A stretch of 64,000 nucleotides of DNA, taken from positions 2,880,001 through 2,944,000 of the forward strand of contig CAWELD010000003.1 of assembly GCA_963809895.1 (NCBI GenBank), read 5' to 3'. The translations under genes were made by a program, and so were the position numbers. Positions 49,678 through 58,314 of the stretch are shown piece by piece (the stretch's first letter is position 1; the number at the start of each line of letters is the position of its first letter). The notes beneath the pieces are model-generated. The model searched no databases and was not told the origin of the DNA. It saw only the letters and a program-made list of their open reading frames with translations. This DNA comes from an uncultured Gemmatimonadales bacterium. GTDB lineage: Bacteria; Gemmatimonadota; Gemmatimonadetes; Longimicrobiales; Gaopeijiaceae.

Positions 49678-50316
49678 ATGCTGAGCACCCTCGCACTCCT
49701 CGCCTCGCTGACCCTCCCCGCGGGGAGCGCGACCCCACCCGATACGCTGGCGCCGCCGGTTCTGTCGCCGGCGGCCGTGCTGCAGCCTCGGGCCGCCCCC
49801 CTGACCATGGCGGCTCGGCCGGTCTCGCTCGCCTCTCAGATCACTTCGCCCCTCGCCTCCCGGCCCGACGAAGAGCCGCAGCTCATCGAGTACAGCGACG
49901 CGTACTTCACGCGACTCACCATCCACAAGTGGGCCAGCTACCTCACGGTGCCGCTCTTCGTGAGCCAGTACATCGTGGGCCAGAAGCTCATGAACGGTGA
50001 GGGCACGGACCGGCTGCGCAGCATCCACGGCGCCCTCGCCGCGGGCGTGGGCGGGCTCTTCGTGGTGAACACCATTACCGGAGGGCTCAACGCCATCGAG
50101 GCGCGCAAGGATCCCGCGGAGAAGAACCGCCGCACTCTCCACTCGGCGCTCATGCTGTTGGCCGACGCGGGCTTCGTCGCCACCGGCATGCTCGCCAAGG
50201 AGAACGAGGGCCGCGGACTCGCGAACAACAGGACCCACCGGGACGTGGCGCTGGCCTCCATGGCCACGGCCCTCCTGGGCTACGTGATCATGCTCCCCCC
50301 CTTCAGGAAGGACTGA
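49678..50316 (+). CDS. Four-helix membrane protein with one His per helix (cytochrome b561-like)
   Basis: Signal-like N-terminus and Pro-rich linker, then TIHKWA, SIHGAL, TLHSAL, RTHRDV each leading a hydrophobic helix. Confidence 0.65.
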   Translation: MLSTLALLASLTLPAGSATPPDTLAPPVLSPAAVLQPRAAPLTMAARPVSLASQITSPLASRPDEEPQLIEYSDAYFTRLTIHKWASYLTVPLFVSQYIVGQKLMNGEGTDRLRSIHGALAAGVGGLFVVNTITGGLNAIEARKDPAEKNRRTLHSALMLLADAGFVATGMLAKENEGRGLANNRTHRDVALASMATALLGYVIMLPPFRKD

Positions 50317-50813
50317 TGCACGCCTTGCTGGACTGGATCGCGTCCGCCACGTCCTGGTGGTCCGATTTCTACGCCGACTCCGGTGCCATGGAGACGGTCG
50401 TGATGTTCCTCCACCTGGGCGGCATGGTCGCCGCAGGTGGTATCGCCTTCACCATGGACCGCGCCGTCATGCGCAGCGCCAACGGCTGGCCGCACCGGGA
50501 CAACCTGGCCCGGGAGATCCACGCGTCCCACGCCGCCGTCATCGGCGGGCTGGTCCTGGTCTTCGCCAGCGGCATCGCCCTCACGCTGTCTGATCCCCGG
50601 ATCTTCCTGACCTCCTGGATCTACTGGGCCAAGATGGTCTCGGTGCTCCTCCTGCTCGGCAACGGGTGGTACCTGAAGCACTGGGGCGAGGTGCTGCTGG
50701 ACGACCCCGAGAGCGAGACCGCCTACCGGGGTCTGCGCCGTGCCGCGCTGCGGAGCGGGGGCCTGTGGGCGCTGGCCCTTCTGGGCGGCGTCGCCATCAC
50801 CATGTACGCATAG
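50316..50813 (+). CDS. Four-TM membrane protein (DUF2214/DUF6644-like)
   Basis: TGATG overlap; FLHLGG, IHASHAAV, ASGIAL, YWAKMV...LLGNG, SGGLW. Confidence 0.7.
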   Translation: MHALLDWIASATSWWSDFYADSGAMETVVMFLHLGGMVAAGGIAFTMDRAVMRSANGWPHRDNLAREIHASHAAVIGGLVLVFASGIALTLSDPRIFLTSWIYWAKMVSVLLLLGNGWYLKHWGEVLLDDPESETAYRGLRRAALRSGGLWALALLGGVAITMYA

Positions 50814-50824
50814 ATCGAAGTCCC

Positions 50825-51361
50825 ATGAGCGAGATGAAGCTGACCACGTTGACGACACCCGACGAGCCCGAGTGCGAGGAATGCGAGACCTGCGTCGGCA
50901 GGCGCGAGTTCTTCCGCATCGGCTTCGGCACCGCGGCGCTGGCCGCCCTCGCCGCGCTGGTCCCCAAGGGGGCCGCGGCCGCCCCGGTGCGCTGGACCCG
51001 GGCCCGATTCACCGGCGGGGCGCTCCGCTACCCCGTGCCCTCGGACGATGGCGTGACCGTCGACCGGGACAACGAAGTCATCCTGGTCCGCTATCAGGGC
51101 CTTGTCGCGGCCTTCGCCCTGTCGTGCCCGCACCAACGCTCGTTGCTCCGCTGGCGCGAGGACGACGGCATCTTCCGCTGCACGAAGCACCACTCGGAGT
51201 ACAGCCCCACCGGGGTGTACGAGAAGGGACGCGCCACCCGGAACATGGACCGCCTGGGGATCTCCCTGGACGGCAGTGAGGTGGTCGTCGACCCCACCAC
51301 CGTCTACCACAGCGACGACGACCCGCAGGGATGGGCGTCGGCCGCCGTGAAGTTGAGCTGA
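50825..51361 (+). CDS. Tat-exported Rieske [2Fe-2S] protein with N-terminal CxxCxxC
   Basis: GRREFF twin-arginine motif, box I CPHQRS, box II CTKHHSEY. Confidence 0.88.
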   Translation: MSEMKLTTLTTPDEPECEECETCVGRREFFRIGFGTAALAALAALVPKGAAAAPVRWTRARFTGGALRYPVPSDDGVTVDRDNEVILVRYQGLVAAFALSCPHQRSLLRWREDDGIFRCTKHHSEYSPTGVYEKGRATRNMDRLGISLDGSEVVVDPTTVYHSDDDPQGWASAAVKLS

Positions 51362-51366
51362 GATCC

Positions 51367-51783
51367 ATGGAACGACGAGACTTCCTGACTCAAAGCACGC
51401 TCCTGAGCGTCGTCGCCGTGCTGGCAGGCGCCTGCAACGGAATCGGCGGCATCACCGGACCGGACCGCAATCTCGACGTCGTGGTGAACCTCGACGACTA
51501 CCCGGCCCTCGACCAGGCAGGCGGCGTAGCGCGCATCAACGGGACCTCCACCCCGGTGGCTCTGGTGAACATGGGCTCGGGGACGTTCGCCGCCTTCTCG
51601 CTGGTGTGCCCGCACCAGGGGAGCACCGTGCAGTGGACGGGCTCGGCTTTCGTGTGCCCGAACCACGGCGCGCGTTTCGCGTCCGACGGCCACTGGACCG
51701 GCGGCCAGCCCACCTCGAACCTGTACGAATACGCGGCCCAGTACGACATGGGCGCCAACACCGTGCACATCACCGGTGCGTGA
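51367..51783 (+). CDS. Tat-exported Rieske [2Fe-2S] lipoprotein
   Basis: ERRDFL motif, lipobox-like LAGAC, box I CPHQGS, box II CPNHGARF, GQPTSNL. Confidence 0.9.
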   Translation: MERRDFLTQSTLLSVVAVLAGACNGIGGITGPDRNLDVVVNLDDYPALDQAGGVARINGTSTPVALVNMGSGTFAAFSLVCPHQGSTVQWTGSAFVCPNHGARFASDGHWTGGQPTSNLYEYAAQYDMGANTVHITGA

Positions 51784-51791
51784 GCTCCAGG

Positions 51792-53120
51792 CTAGATCCC
51801 GAGCTTCTCGATCTTGTAGAAAAGCGTGCGCACGCTGATACCGAGCAGGCGCGCGGCCTGAGCCTTGTTGTCGCCGGTGCGCTCCAGCGCGGCGCGAATG
51901 GCGTCGCGCTCGGCCCGGGCAACCACCTCGCCCAGGGGCTCCACACCGCCCGCCGACTCTGGCGGCGACGACGCCTCAACTGCCGGGAGGCTCACGTCCT
52001 GGACGTCCCCGTCCTCCGACATCAGCACGGACCGCTCCAGAACGTTCTTCAGCTCACGCACGTTCCCGGGCCAGGCATGGCTCTTCAGGCGCTCCAGCGC
52101 CGCGGGCGAGAGGCGGGCTCGCACGCCCAGGCGCTCGGCGAACTCCGCCAACATCGTACGAGCCAGCGCTTCGACGTCGGTGGGCCGCTCGCGGAGCGGG
52201 GGGATGTGGATGGGGAAGACGTTGATGCGGTAGTAGAGGTCCTCGCGGAAGCGTCCTTCGCGCACCGCCTGGGCGAGATCCTCATGCGTCGCAGCGACGA
52301 CGCGCACGTCGACCTTCCGGGGCGTGTTCGATCCCAGACGCTCCACGACGCCCTCCTGGAGGACCCGCAGCAGCTTGGGCTGAAGGGTCGAGGGCATGTC
52401 ACCGATCTCGTCGAGAAAGAGCGTACCACCGTCGGCCACCTCGAACTTGCCCGGGCGATCCTTGACGGCGCCCGTATAGGCGCCTCGCTGGGCCCCGAAC
52501 AGCTCGGCCTCCAGGAGCTCGCCGGGTATCGCGGCACAGTTCACGGCCACGAACGGATGATCGCGCCGGGCGGACCGCTGGTGGAGCAGGCGAGCCACCA
52601 CTTCCTTGCCGACCCCGGTCTCTCCCGTGACCAGCACCGTGGTGGGAGCGTCGGCGACCTGTCCCACCAGCGAGAGGACCTCCCGCATGGCAGGGCTCTC
52701 GGCCACGACGCCCGCCGCGTCCGACGTGTCCGTCGCGGCAGCCGCGCGGCCTCCCGGTCGGGCTTCCAACGCACCGGCCACCAGCGACTCGAGCTCGTCC
52801 ACGCTGAAGGGCTTGAGCACGTAGTCGTAGGCGCCGGCCTTGATGGCCTCCACCGCGGTCTCGACGGTGCCGAACGCCGTGATGAGGATCACAGGCGTCC
52901 CCGGACGTCGGGTCCGGAGATCGGCGAGAAGCTCCATCCCGGAACGTCCCGGCAGCTGAAGGTCCGTGACCACCACATCCACCGACTGCTCGGACAGGAG
53001 CTCGGCGGCGTCCTCCGCGGTCGAAGCCGTGAGCACGTCGTAGCCCCGGTCCCCCAACGCCATCTCCACGATGCGTCGGATGTGCGGCTCGTCGTCGACG
53101 ACGAGGACCCTTTCACTCAT
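51792..53120 (-). CDS. Sigma54-dependent response regulator (NtrC/AtoC family)
   Basis: Receiver VLVVDDE...TDLQLPG; AAA+ GETGVGKE, GAYTGA, LFLDEIG, FREDLYYR, WPGNVREL; Fis HTH. Confidence 0.96.
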   Translation of the reverse strand: MSERVLVVDDEPHIRRIVEMALGDRGYDVLTASTAEDAAELLSEQSVDVVVTDLQLPGRSGMELLADLRTRRPGTPVILITAFGTVETAVEAIKAGAYDYVLKPFSVDELESLVAGALEARPGGRAAAATDTSDAAGVVAESPAMREVLSLVGQVADAPTTVLVTGETGVGKEVVARLLHQRSARRDHPFVAVNCAAIPGELLEAELFGAQRGAYTGAVKDRPGKFEVADGGTLFLDEIGDMPSTLQPKLLRVLQEGVVERLGSNTPRKVDVRVVAATHEDLAQAVREGRFREDLYYRINVFPIHIPPLRERPTDVEALARTMLAEFAERLGVRARLSPAALERLKSHAWPGNVRELKNVLERSVLMSEDGDVQDVSLPAVEASSPPESAGGVEPLGEVVARAERDAIRAALERTGDNKAQAARLLGISVRTLFYKIEKLGI

Positions 53121-54820
53121 CGCTGCTCCGGACCTGCAATGGGGAGGGTCACACGCATGCACGTGCCCTCGCCCGGTGTGCTCTCCACCTCGATCCGCCC
53201 CCCATGAGCCTCGACCAACTGCCGCACGATGGGAAGGCCCAGCCCGTTCCCGGCCCGATGCGTCGTGATCAATGGCTTCCAGATCTCCTCCAGCATGTCG
53301 GCGGGAATGCCCTCCCCGTCATCCTCCACCTCCATCACCGCCAGACTCCCATGGGTATTCGTACGCACCACCACGTGCCCCCCAGCGGCGCAGGCCCGGG
53401 TCGCGTTGGTGACGAGATTGACGACCACCTGTCGCAGAAGGTCCGGATCGGCCTCCAACGGAGCCGACTCGCCCTCGAGTCGGAGATCCACGCCCTTCTC
53501 CACGGCCTCGGCGTCCAGCGCCTCGATGGCGCCCCGGGCGACGTCGCGCAGGTCCGTCTGCTGGAGCACCGGCGCGGACTGTCGACCGAAGACCAGGAGG
53601 TCGTCCACCAGGCGGGCGAGCCGTTCCACTTCGGCCTCGAGCATCTCGCTCACCTCACGCTCTCGCGATCCGGCACCCGGTGCGCGAGCCAGAATCTCCG
53701 TGCCGGCGCGCAGCACGGCCAGCGGCGTCCGGATCTCGTGGGCCAGGCTCTTGGTGAGCATGCCCACCGCCGCCAGCGACTCGGCCCGGGCCAGCTCGGT
53801 GCGGGCCTCCTCGAGACGGGTGACCATGCTGGAGATGGCCTCGGCGAGAACCCGTACCTCCGACGGAGCCCACGACGAGGCCGCGGGGATGGGTTCGGGA
53901 TGTCGCGGGTCCAGATCCCGAGCAGCCCGGGTGAGACGGGCCAGCGAGAGCGTCGCGCTCCGGGTCACGAGCAGTGCGGCCGGCAGCGCCAGCACCAGGA
54001 AGAGCAACGCCAACGTAGCGAGTTGACGACCCGCCTGATGCAACGCGCGGGTCACCTCCGCCCGGGCGCGGCCCACCGACACCACCATCGGTCCCGCGAC
54101 GGTGCGTCCTGTGTGACTCGCCCAGATGTAGGCGTCGTCGGGTCCGTCCAATCCCTCGCCCCGGGCGAGCAGGGTCCCGTCGTCGAGGGTGAGCCGCGTG
54201 GTGGCCAGCTCCAGGGGGATCGCGGACGTGAGGAAGGGACGGAGCGGAGTCCACACCACGATGCGCCCCAGGACGCTCTCGTCCACGGCGGAATGCACGT
54301 CGGCGGAGGAGATCACCGATCCCCCGTCGCCGGGCACGAGACGAATCCCGGGTACCGCCGCCACGATCGCATCCTGCACGTCGGCGGGAAGCGGCGGCCC
54401 CTCTCCGCCCAGACGCGCCGGATCGGACGCCGACAGGATCGTGCCGTTGCGCGCGGCCACCGCTCGGGTGCCGTTCCCCAGCGCGTCGGCCAGGTCGGCC
54501 AGCGACTGCGACACCCGCTTGTCGACGTCGTCCACGGCCAGGTCCTGGGAGGTTTCCAGGGTGGCCCACAGGTCCACGAGACGGCTCCGCTCGGCCAGCG
54601 CGCCTTCGAGACGATCCGCCGCCACGGTGGCCTCGACGGACAGGGTCGCGTCGGTCTCGGCTACCAGGCGCTCCTCGCCGGCGCCATATTCGCGCAGGAC
54701 GACCGCCACCGTGGCCAGGACCATGAACGCAGCCAACAGGAGGGCGAGACGTCCGGCCAACGACCCGGGCAGCAGCCCGACCGCGCGTCCTGCACCCTGA
54801 GAGGATTCCGACCGTTGCAC
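53117..54820 (-). CDS. Membrane sensor histidine kinase with HAMP domain
   Basis: Two TMs around a periplasmic domain, H-box LAHEIRTPL, NLVTNA, DDGEGI, GNGLGL; ATGA overlap with the regulator. Start approximate. Confidence 0.92.
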   Translation of the reverse strand: MQRSESSQGAGRAVGLLPGSLAGRLALLLAAFMVLATVAVVLREYGAGEERLVAETDATLSVEATVAADRLEGALAERSRLVDLWATLETSQDLAVDDVDKRVSQSLADLADALGNGTRAVAARNGTILSASDPARLGGEGPPLPADVQDAIVAAVPGIRLVPGDGGSVISSADVHSAVDESVLGRIVVWTPLRPFLTSAIPLELATTRLTLDDGTLLARGEGLDGPDDAYIWASHTGRTVAGPMVVSVGRARAEVTRALHQAGRQLATLALLFLVLALPAALLVTRSATLSLARLTRAARDLDPRHPEPIPAASSWAPSEVRVLAEAISSMVTRLEEARTELARAESLAAVGMLTKSLAHEIRTPLAVLRAGTEILARAPGAGSREREVSEMLEAEVERLARLVDDLLVFGRQSAPVLQQTDLRDVARGAIEALDAEAVEKGVDLRLEGESAPLEADPDLLRQVVVNLVTNATRACAAGGHVVVRTNTHGSLAVMEVEDDGEGIPADMLEEIWKPLITTHRAGNGLGLPIVRQLVEAHGGRIEVESTPGEGTCMRVTLPIAGPEQR

Positions 54821-54853
54821 CGAAGCTTCTCGCTCTTCCCCGCCCTCGGGCGT

Positions 54854-55981
54854 TTGGTTCGACGGGCCCTGACCGTGGCGTTGGCCCTGGGTGCCCTGTC
54901 GGGTGCCGCGGCGCCCGCCCGGGCCCAGCTTCCGGCGCCGCCGGTGGTGGGGACCGACTTCTTCCAGTTCGGGGGCTACGCCGGGCTCACCGTCACCCGG
55001 CCCGAACATCCGGAAGGGGTCGAGAATGTCGATGTCAGCGAGCTCGTGGCCGCCCTCATGGCCTGGGGGCAGCTTTCCCCCAGGGCAAGCTATCTGGTCG
55101 AGCTGGACATGGCCAAGCGCACCACCGAGACCTGGACCGGACGTGAGTCCGATCGGCGGCTGGACCCCGTGCGCCTCTACCTGGAGTACTCGGCCAGCGA
55201 TCTGCTGCGGGTGCGGGTCGGACGCTTCCTCACCCCTGTCGGTCAGTGGAACGAGCGGCACGCCGAGCCTCTCACGTGGACGCCCACGCGCCCACTGACC
55301 ACCTATCGTCCCTTCGCGAAGAGCCTCACCGGACTGCTGCTCGCGGGCGAGGGCTCGGTGGCGGGGCACGACGCGGGCTATGCCCTGTTCTGGGCACCGT
55401 CCGCGTCCTGGGACCGGCGCTTCTACGACGAGGAGGAGAGTGGGTTCGCCCAGGCCCTTGGAGCTCGGGTGGCCGTCGAAGCCCATCGTGGGCTGACGCT
55501 GGGCCTGAGCGCGGCGCGCATCCGACGCTCGCAGCCCCGCGACCCGGACACCGAGCTCACCGGCGAGCGGGCCGCCGTCGTCGTCTTCCCCGCGCCGACC
55601 ATCCCCCGACTCGCAACGCAGGAGACGGACGAGTGGGAGGAGGAAGAGGAGCCCCGGGCCCTGTTCGGCGCCGACCTCCGCTGGATCCGACCGAACGTGG
55701 AGCTCACCGCGGAAGGCGCCTGGATCCCATCGGTCGACGGAGAGCCCACCGAGCGCGGGATCTTCGGCCAGGGCGCCGTACGCGTACGAGGTCCGGTATG
55801 GGCCGTCGGACGGGCCGAGACCTACACCCCCGTAGACGGCACCACCGTGCACGTGGGATACGCCGGACTCACCGTTCGGGCAGGTCCCCATTTCGTGATG
55901 AAGTTCGGCCGCCAGTTCTCGAAGCGACCCTCGACCCGGATCCCGGACGGATGGTTCCTGTCCTTCTCGTCGCTCTTCTGA
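54854..55981 (+). CDS. Outer-membrane beta-barrel (porin-like) protein
   Basis: Signal peptide ending ARA-Q, amphipathic strands, YLEY...RVRVGRFLTPVGQWNERH, terminal Phe (SSLF). Start approximate. Confidence 0.75.
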   Translation: MVRRALTVALALGALSGAAAPARAQLPAPPVVGTDFFQFGGYAGLTVTRPEHPEGVENVDVSELVAALMAWGQLSPRASYLVELDMAKRTTETWTGRESDRRLDPVRLYLEYSASDLLRVRVGRFLTPVGQWNERHAEPLTWTPTRPLTTYRPFAKSLTGLLLAGEGSVAGHDAGYALFWAPSASWDRRFYDEEESGFAQALGARVAVEAHRGLTLGLSAARIRRSQPRDPDTELTGERAAVVVFPAPTIPRLATQETDEWEEEEEPRALFGADLRWIRPNVELTAEGAWIPSVDGEPTERGIFGQGAVRVRGPVWAVGRAETYTPVDGTTVHVGYAGLTVRAGPHFVMKFGRQFSKRPSTRIPDGWFLSFSSLF

Positions 55982-56553
55982 GCGGGGCGGGGGCGCGCCC
56001 CACCCCCCGGGCCCAGGAGGCGCCGGAGCCGGTGTGCGTGGTGGCGCACCTGCCCGAGGGTGTGGAGGCGGATCACGTGACGGAGGAGCTCGTCCGGCGG
56101 CTCTTCCTCGTCCGCCAGCGCTTCTGGCCCGACGGCAGTGCGGCGCATCCGGTGAACCTACCGGCGGCCTCGCCGGTCCGGGACCGGTTCTCGCGCGCGA
56201 TCTTCGGCGAGACCGTGCAGGAGATGGTGCCCTACTGGAACGACCGCTACTTCCACGGGACCCGCCCTCCGCCCACGGTGGCCTCGGAGGCCGCCGTGCT
56301 CCTCTACCTGGATCGCACGTCCGGAGGGATCGGCTACGTGCAGGCGTCGGCCGCCGAGGCACTGCCGACGAGCGTCACGCGGCTCTTCTGTACGTCCCCC
56401 CGGGGGGCGAGCGCCTCCGGCGGGTCATTCCGGAACCGGAGTCTCGACGATGACCCGACCTCGCATCGTCGGGTGAAACGAACACAGGTACGCCCTGGAA
56501 CCGGGACTCCCCGCAATCCACCGCCAATGTCGGCCCGGATCCAGACGGGGTGA
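55951..56553 (+). CDS. Small exported PstS/PBP2-fold protein
   Basis: Signal peptide; VVAH...VRRLFL...FWPDG...VRDRFS...YWNDRYFHG-x-RPP...SEAAV...GGIGYV; overlaps the barrel gene end. Confidence 0.75.
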   Translation: MVPVLLVALLSGAGARPTPRAQEAPEPVCVVAHLPEGVEADHVTEELVRRLFLVRQRFWPDGSAAHPVNLPAASPVRDRFSRAIFGETVQEMVPYWNDRYFHGTRPPPTVASEAAVLLYLDRTSGGIGYVQASAAEALPTSVTRLFCTSPRGASASGGSFRNRSLDDDPTSHRRVKRTQVRPGTGTPRNPPPMSARIQTG

Positions 56554-56763
56554 GGTCCAGGCAGAATCGGCGGCCGTGACGGTGTGCGGGATCACGTCGT
56601 CATTGGTCCACTCCACGGTATCGCCCGGAAGCACCCGGATTTCCGCCGGCCTGAAGGCCATCCCCCGGATCTCCACGCTGCGCGTCACCGGCGTGCGCGG
56701 TGGCCCCGGCCCACCGCATGCGAGAACGTACGGGATCGCGAACAGGAAGCGAGCGCTGCGCAT
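56425..56763 (-). CDS. Cupredoxin (amicyanin/plastocyanin-like) lipoprotein
   Basis: Lipobox VLAC, FRPAEIRV-x-PGDTVEWTN-x-D-x-x-PHTVT, type-1 Cu loop YLCSFHPTMRG. Confidence 0.92.
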   Translation of the reverse strand: MRSARFLFAIPYVLACGGPGPPRTPVTRSVEIRGMAFRPAEIRVLPGDTVEWTNDDVIPHTVTAADSAWTSPRLDPGRHWRWIAGSPGSRAYLCSFHPTMRGRVIVETPVPE

Positions 56764-56769
56764 GCGAGC

Positions 56770-57297
56770 TCAGCCGTTGGGAAGCGCGGCGAGAACGCCC
56801 CGCGCCTGCTCCAGATGGGCCCGCAGCGCCGGCAGCACTCCCTCCAGGAGCTCTCGCAACTCGTCGTTGGAGGTGGCCGGTACGAGCGTGTCCGCCACGG
56901 TGGCGATCACCGCCTCGTGATAGCTGACCTCGTTCTCCATGTATGCCCGGTCGAATGCGGCACCTTCCAGCCGTGCCAACCTCTGACGGGTCGCTTGCGC
57001 TCCCTTGGCCAGGCCCCGGCTCGTGTCGTTGTCCACGGGCTCGACACCGAGGCGGCCGGCGAGGGCAGCGGCCTGATCGATGACGGCCTGATGGTCCCGA
57101 ACCATCGTTTCCGCGAACTGCCGCACGGCCTGGTTTTCGGAGCGTTCCAGAGCCTGTTCGGCCGCCGTGATGTCCAACCGGTTCGCGGTCACGGCGATGT
57201 GCGCGATCTCGGCATCGCTCAGTCGGACCGGCATGGGCGCCGCATCGGTGATGGGGAATATCGAGAGAAGCACGACGGTGGCGAAGAGCGTGGTCAT
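56770..57297 (-). CDS. DUF4142 ferritin-like exported protein
   Basis: AGGAGG RBS; LSDAEIAHI...AN, VRQFAETMVRDH, GAAFDRAYMENEVSYH, HLEQA. Confidence 0.9.
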   Translation of the reverse strand: MTTLFATVVLLSIFPITDAAPMPVRLSDAEIAHIAVTANRLDITAAEQALERSENQAVRQFAETMVRDHQAVIDQAAALAGRLGVEPVDNDTSRGLAKGAQATRQRLARLEGAAFDRAYMENEVSYHEAVIATVADTLVPATSNDELRELLEGVLPALRAHLEQARGVLAALPNG

Positions 57298-57344
57298 CCT
57301 CGGTCCTCCTGGGTTCGAGATGGGCGGTGTCGCCTGAGTCGAGA

Positions 57345-57400
57345 AGAAAAAGAATGAGGTTAACATAGTTTGTCAATGAGTTTCTTGTGTTACTGTGAAA
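57345..57400 (-). promoter_or_regulatory. AT-rich promoter/operator region for DUF4142-cupredoxin
   Basis: Marked AT-rich patch; perfect TTGACA on the minus strand (57376-57371) next to an imperfect dyad centred on GTTAAC; no clear -10. Confidence 0.5.
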
Positions 57401-57452
57401 TCCTCGGCCCTTGTCGGCGCTACGTGAGACCTCCCTGGGACTGCGCCCGGAC

Positions 57453-58091
57453 CTACGCGTCCTGCGCGTCCGCAAACGTGACCTCGAACGCGCACTGCGC
57501 TCGCCGTCCCCGCTCACAGACCTCGCGCACACGCCCTCCAGTGGTCTCACGAACCAGGGCCTCCACCAGGCCGCAGGCCCGCGCATCCTGGCGCGTCACG
57601 GCGGAGAGTGGACATGCGGAGCCACGAAGGGTCCACATTCCGTCCCGGTGGCGAACCTCCACGCTTCCGCCCAGCGCCCGCAGTGCGGCCGCCGCCTGGG
57701 TGACGCGTGCCTCGGGGCTTCCCGACCCTGGGGTGGCCGCCTCGACGCCCACGTCGTCCAGGAGCTCGCGGAGTCCCGACGACCCCAGCCTCGTCTCGAC
57801 GGCGTCCATGAGACGCTCCAGAACGAAGGCGTACGCTTTGGGAAAGAGCTCGTCGGCCTCCTGGGTGACGGAGTAGGTGGCCGCCGGCTTTCCTCCGGTA
57901 TCCCGGCGGACGCCGGTTTGGAGGACCAACCCGTCCCGCTCCAGCGCAGCCATGTGTCCACGGATGGCGTTGGGTGTCACTCCCACCTCCTCGGCCACCT
58001 CCTGAATCGTGCGATCGCCGCGTTGGAGGAGCTGCATCACCTGCAGACGAGTATCGCCCGCGAGTCGCTCGAGCCAGTCCGGTGCCACCAT
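57453..58091 (-). CDS. Winged-HTH regulator with four C-terminal Cys (COG2345/SufR-like)
   Basis: TRLQVMQLL...GVTPNAIRGHMAALERDGLV...GGKPAATY...FPKAY; CPL, AC, VC, QCAF. Confidence 0.85.
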   Translation of the reverse strand: MVAPDWLERLAGDTRLQVMQLLQRGDRTIQEVAEEVGVTPNAIRGHMAALERDGLVLQTGVRRDTGGKPAATYSVTQEADELFPKAYAFVLERLMDAVETRLGSSGLRELLDDVGVEAATPGSGSPEARVTQAAAALRALGGSVEVRHRDGMWTLRGSACPLSAVTRQDARACGLVEALVRETTGGRVREVCERGRRAQCAFEVTFADAQDA

Positions 58092-58314
58092 GAGTCCCAC
58101 TCCACCAGAGAAAACGGTAAACGAAGGATAAACTGGGCTTTCCTTCCAGTTCCCTCTCCCGTTCCCGGTACGGGCTTCTACGGACCACCGCCGGGGCACA
58201 TCCCGACACGGATCTCCAGCCGCGTCCCACAGCCTGCGCCCCCGGCGATGGCTTAGGCTTACGCTACCAGACGGCTGCGAATCGAACGAAGCGCCCCGAA
58301 CCCCCGAGGTCGAC

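Noticed and set aside
50825..51783. Rieske genes as part of a bc1/b6f complex or arsenite oxidase
   Set aside because: No cytochrome b/c1 or molybdopterin subunit adjacent, and the disulfide Cys are missing.
53117..56362. Apparent 1081-aa kinase and 925-aa barrel ORFs overlapping each other
   Set aside because: The N-terminal extensions are antisense read-through of the opposite gene; real starts lie near 54820 (-) and 54854 (+).
56425..56553. Functional 129-bp convergent overlap (similar ones at 29720-29808 and 37306-37340)
   Set aside because: The overlapping tails are low-complexity run-ons common in GC-rich genomes or caused by indel errors; no evidence of function.
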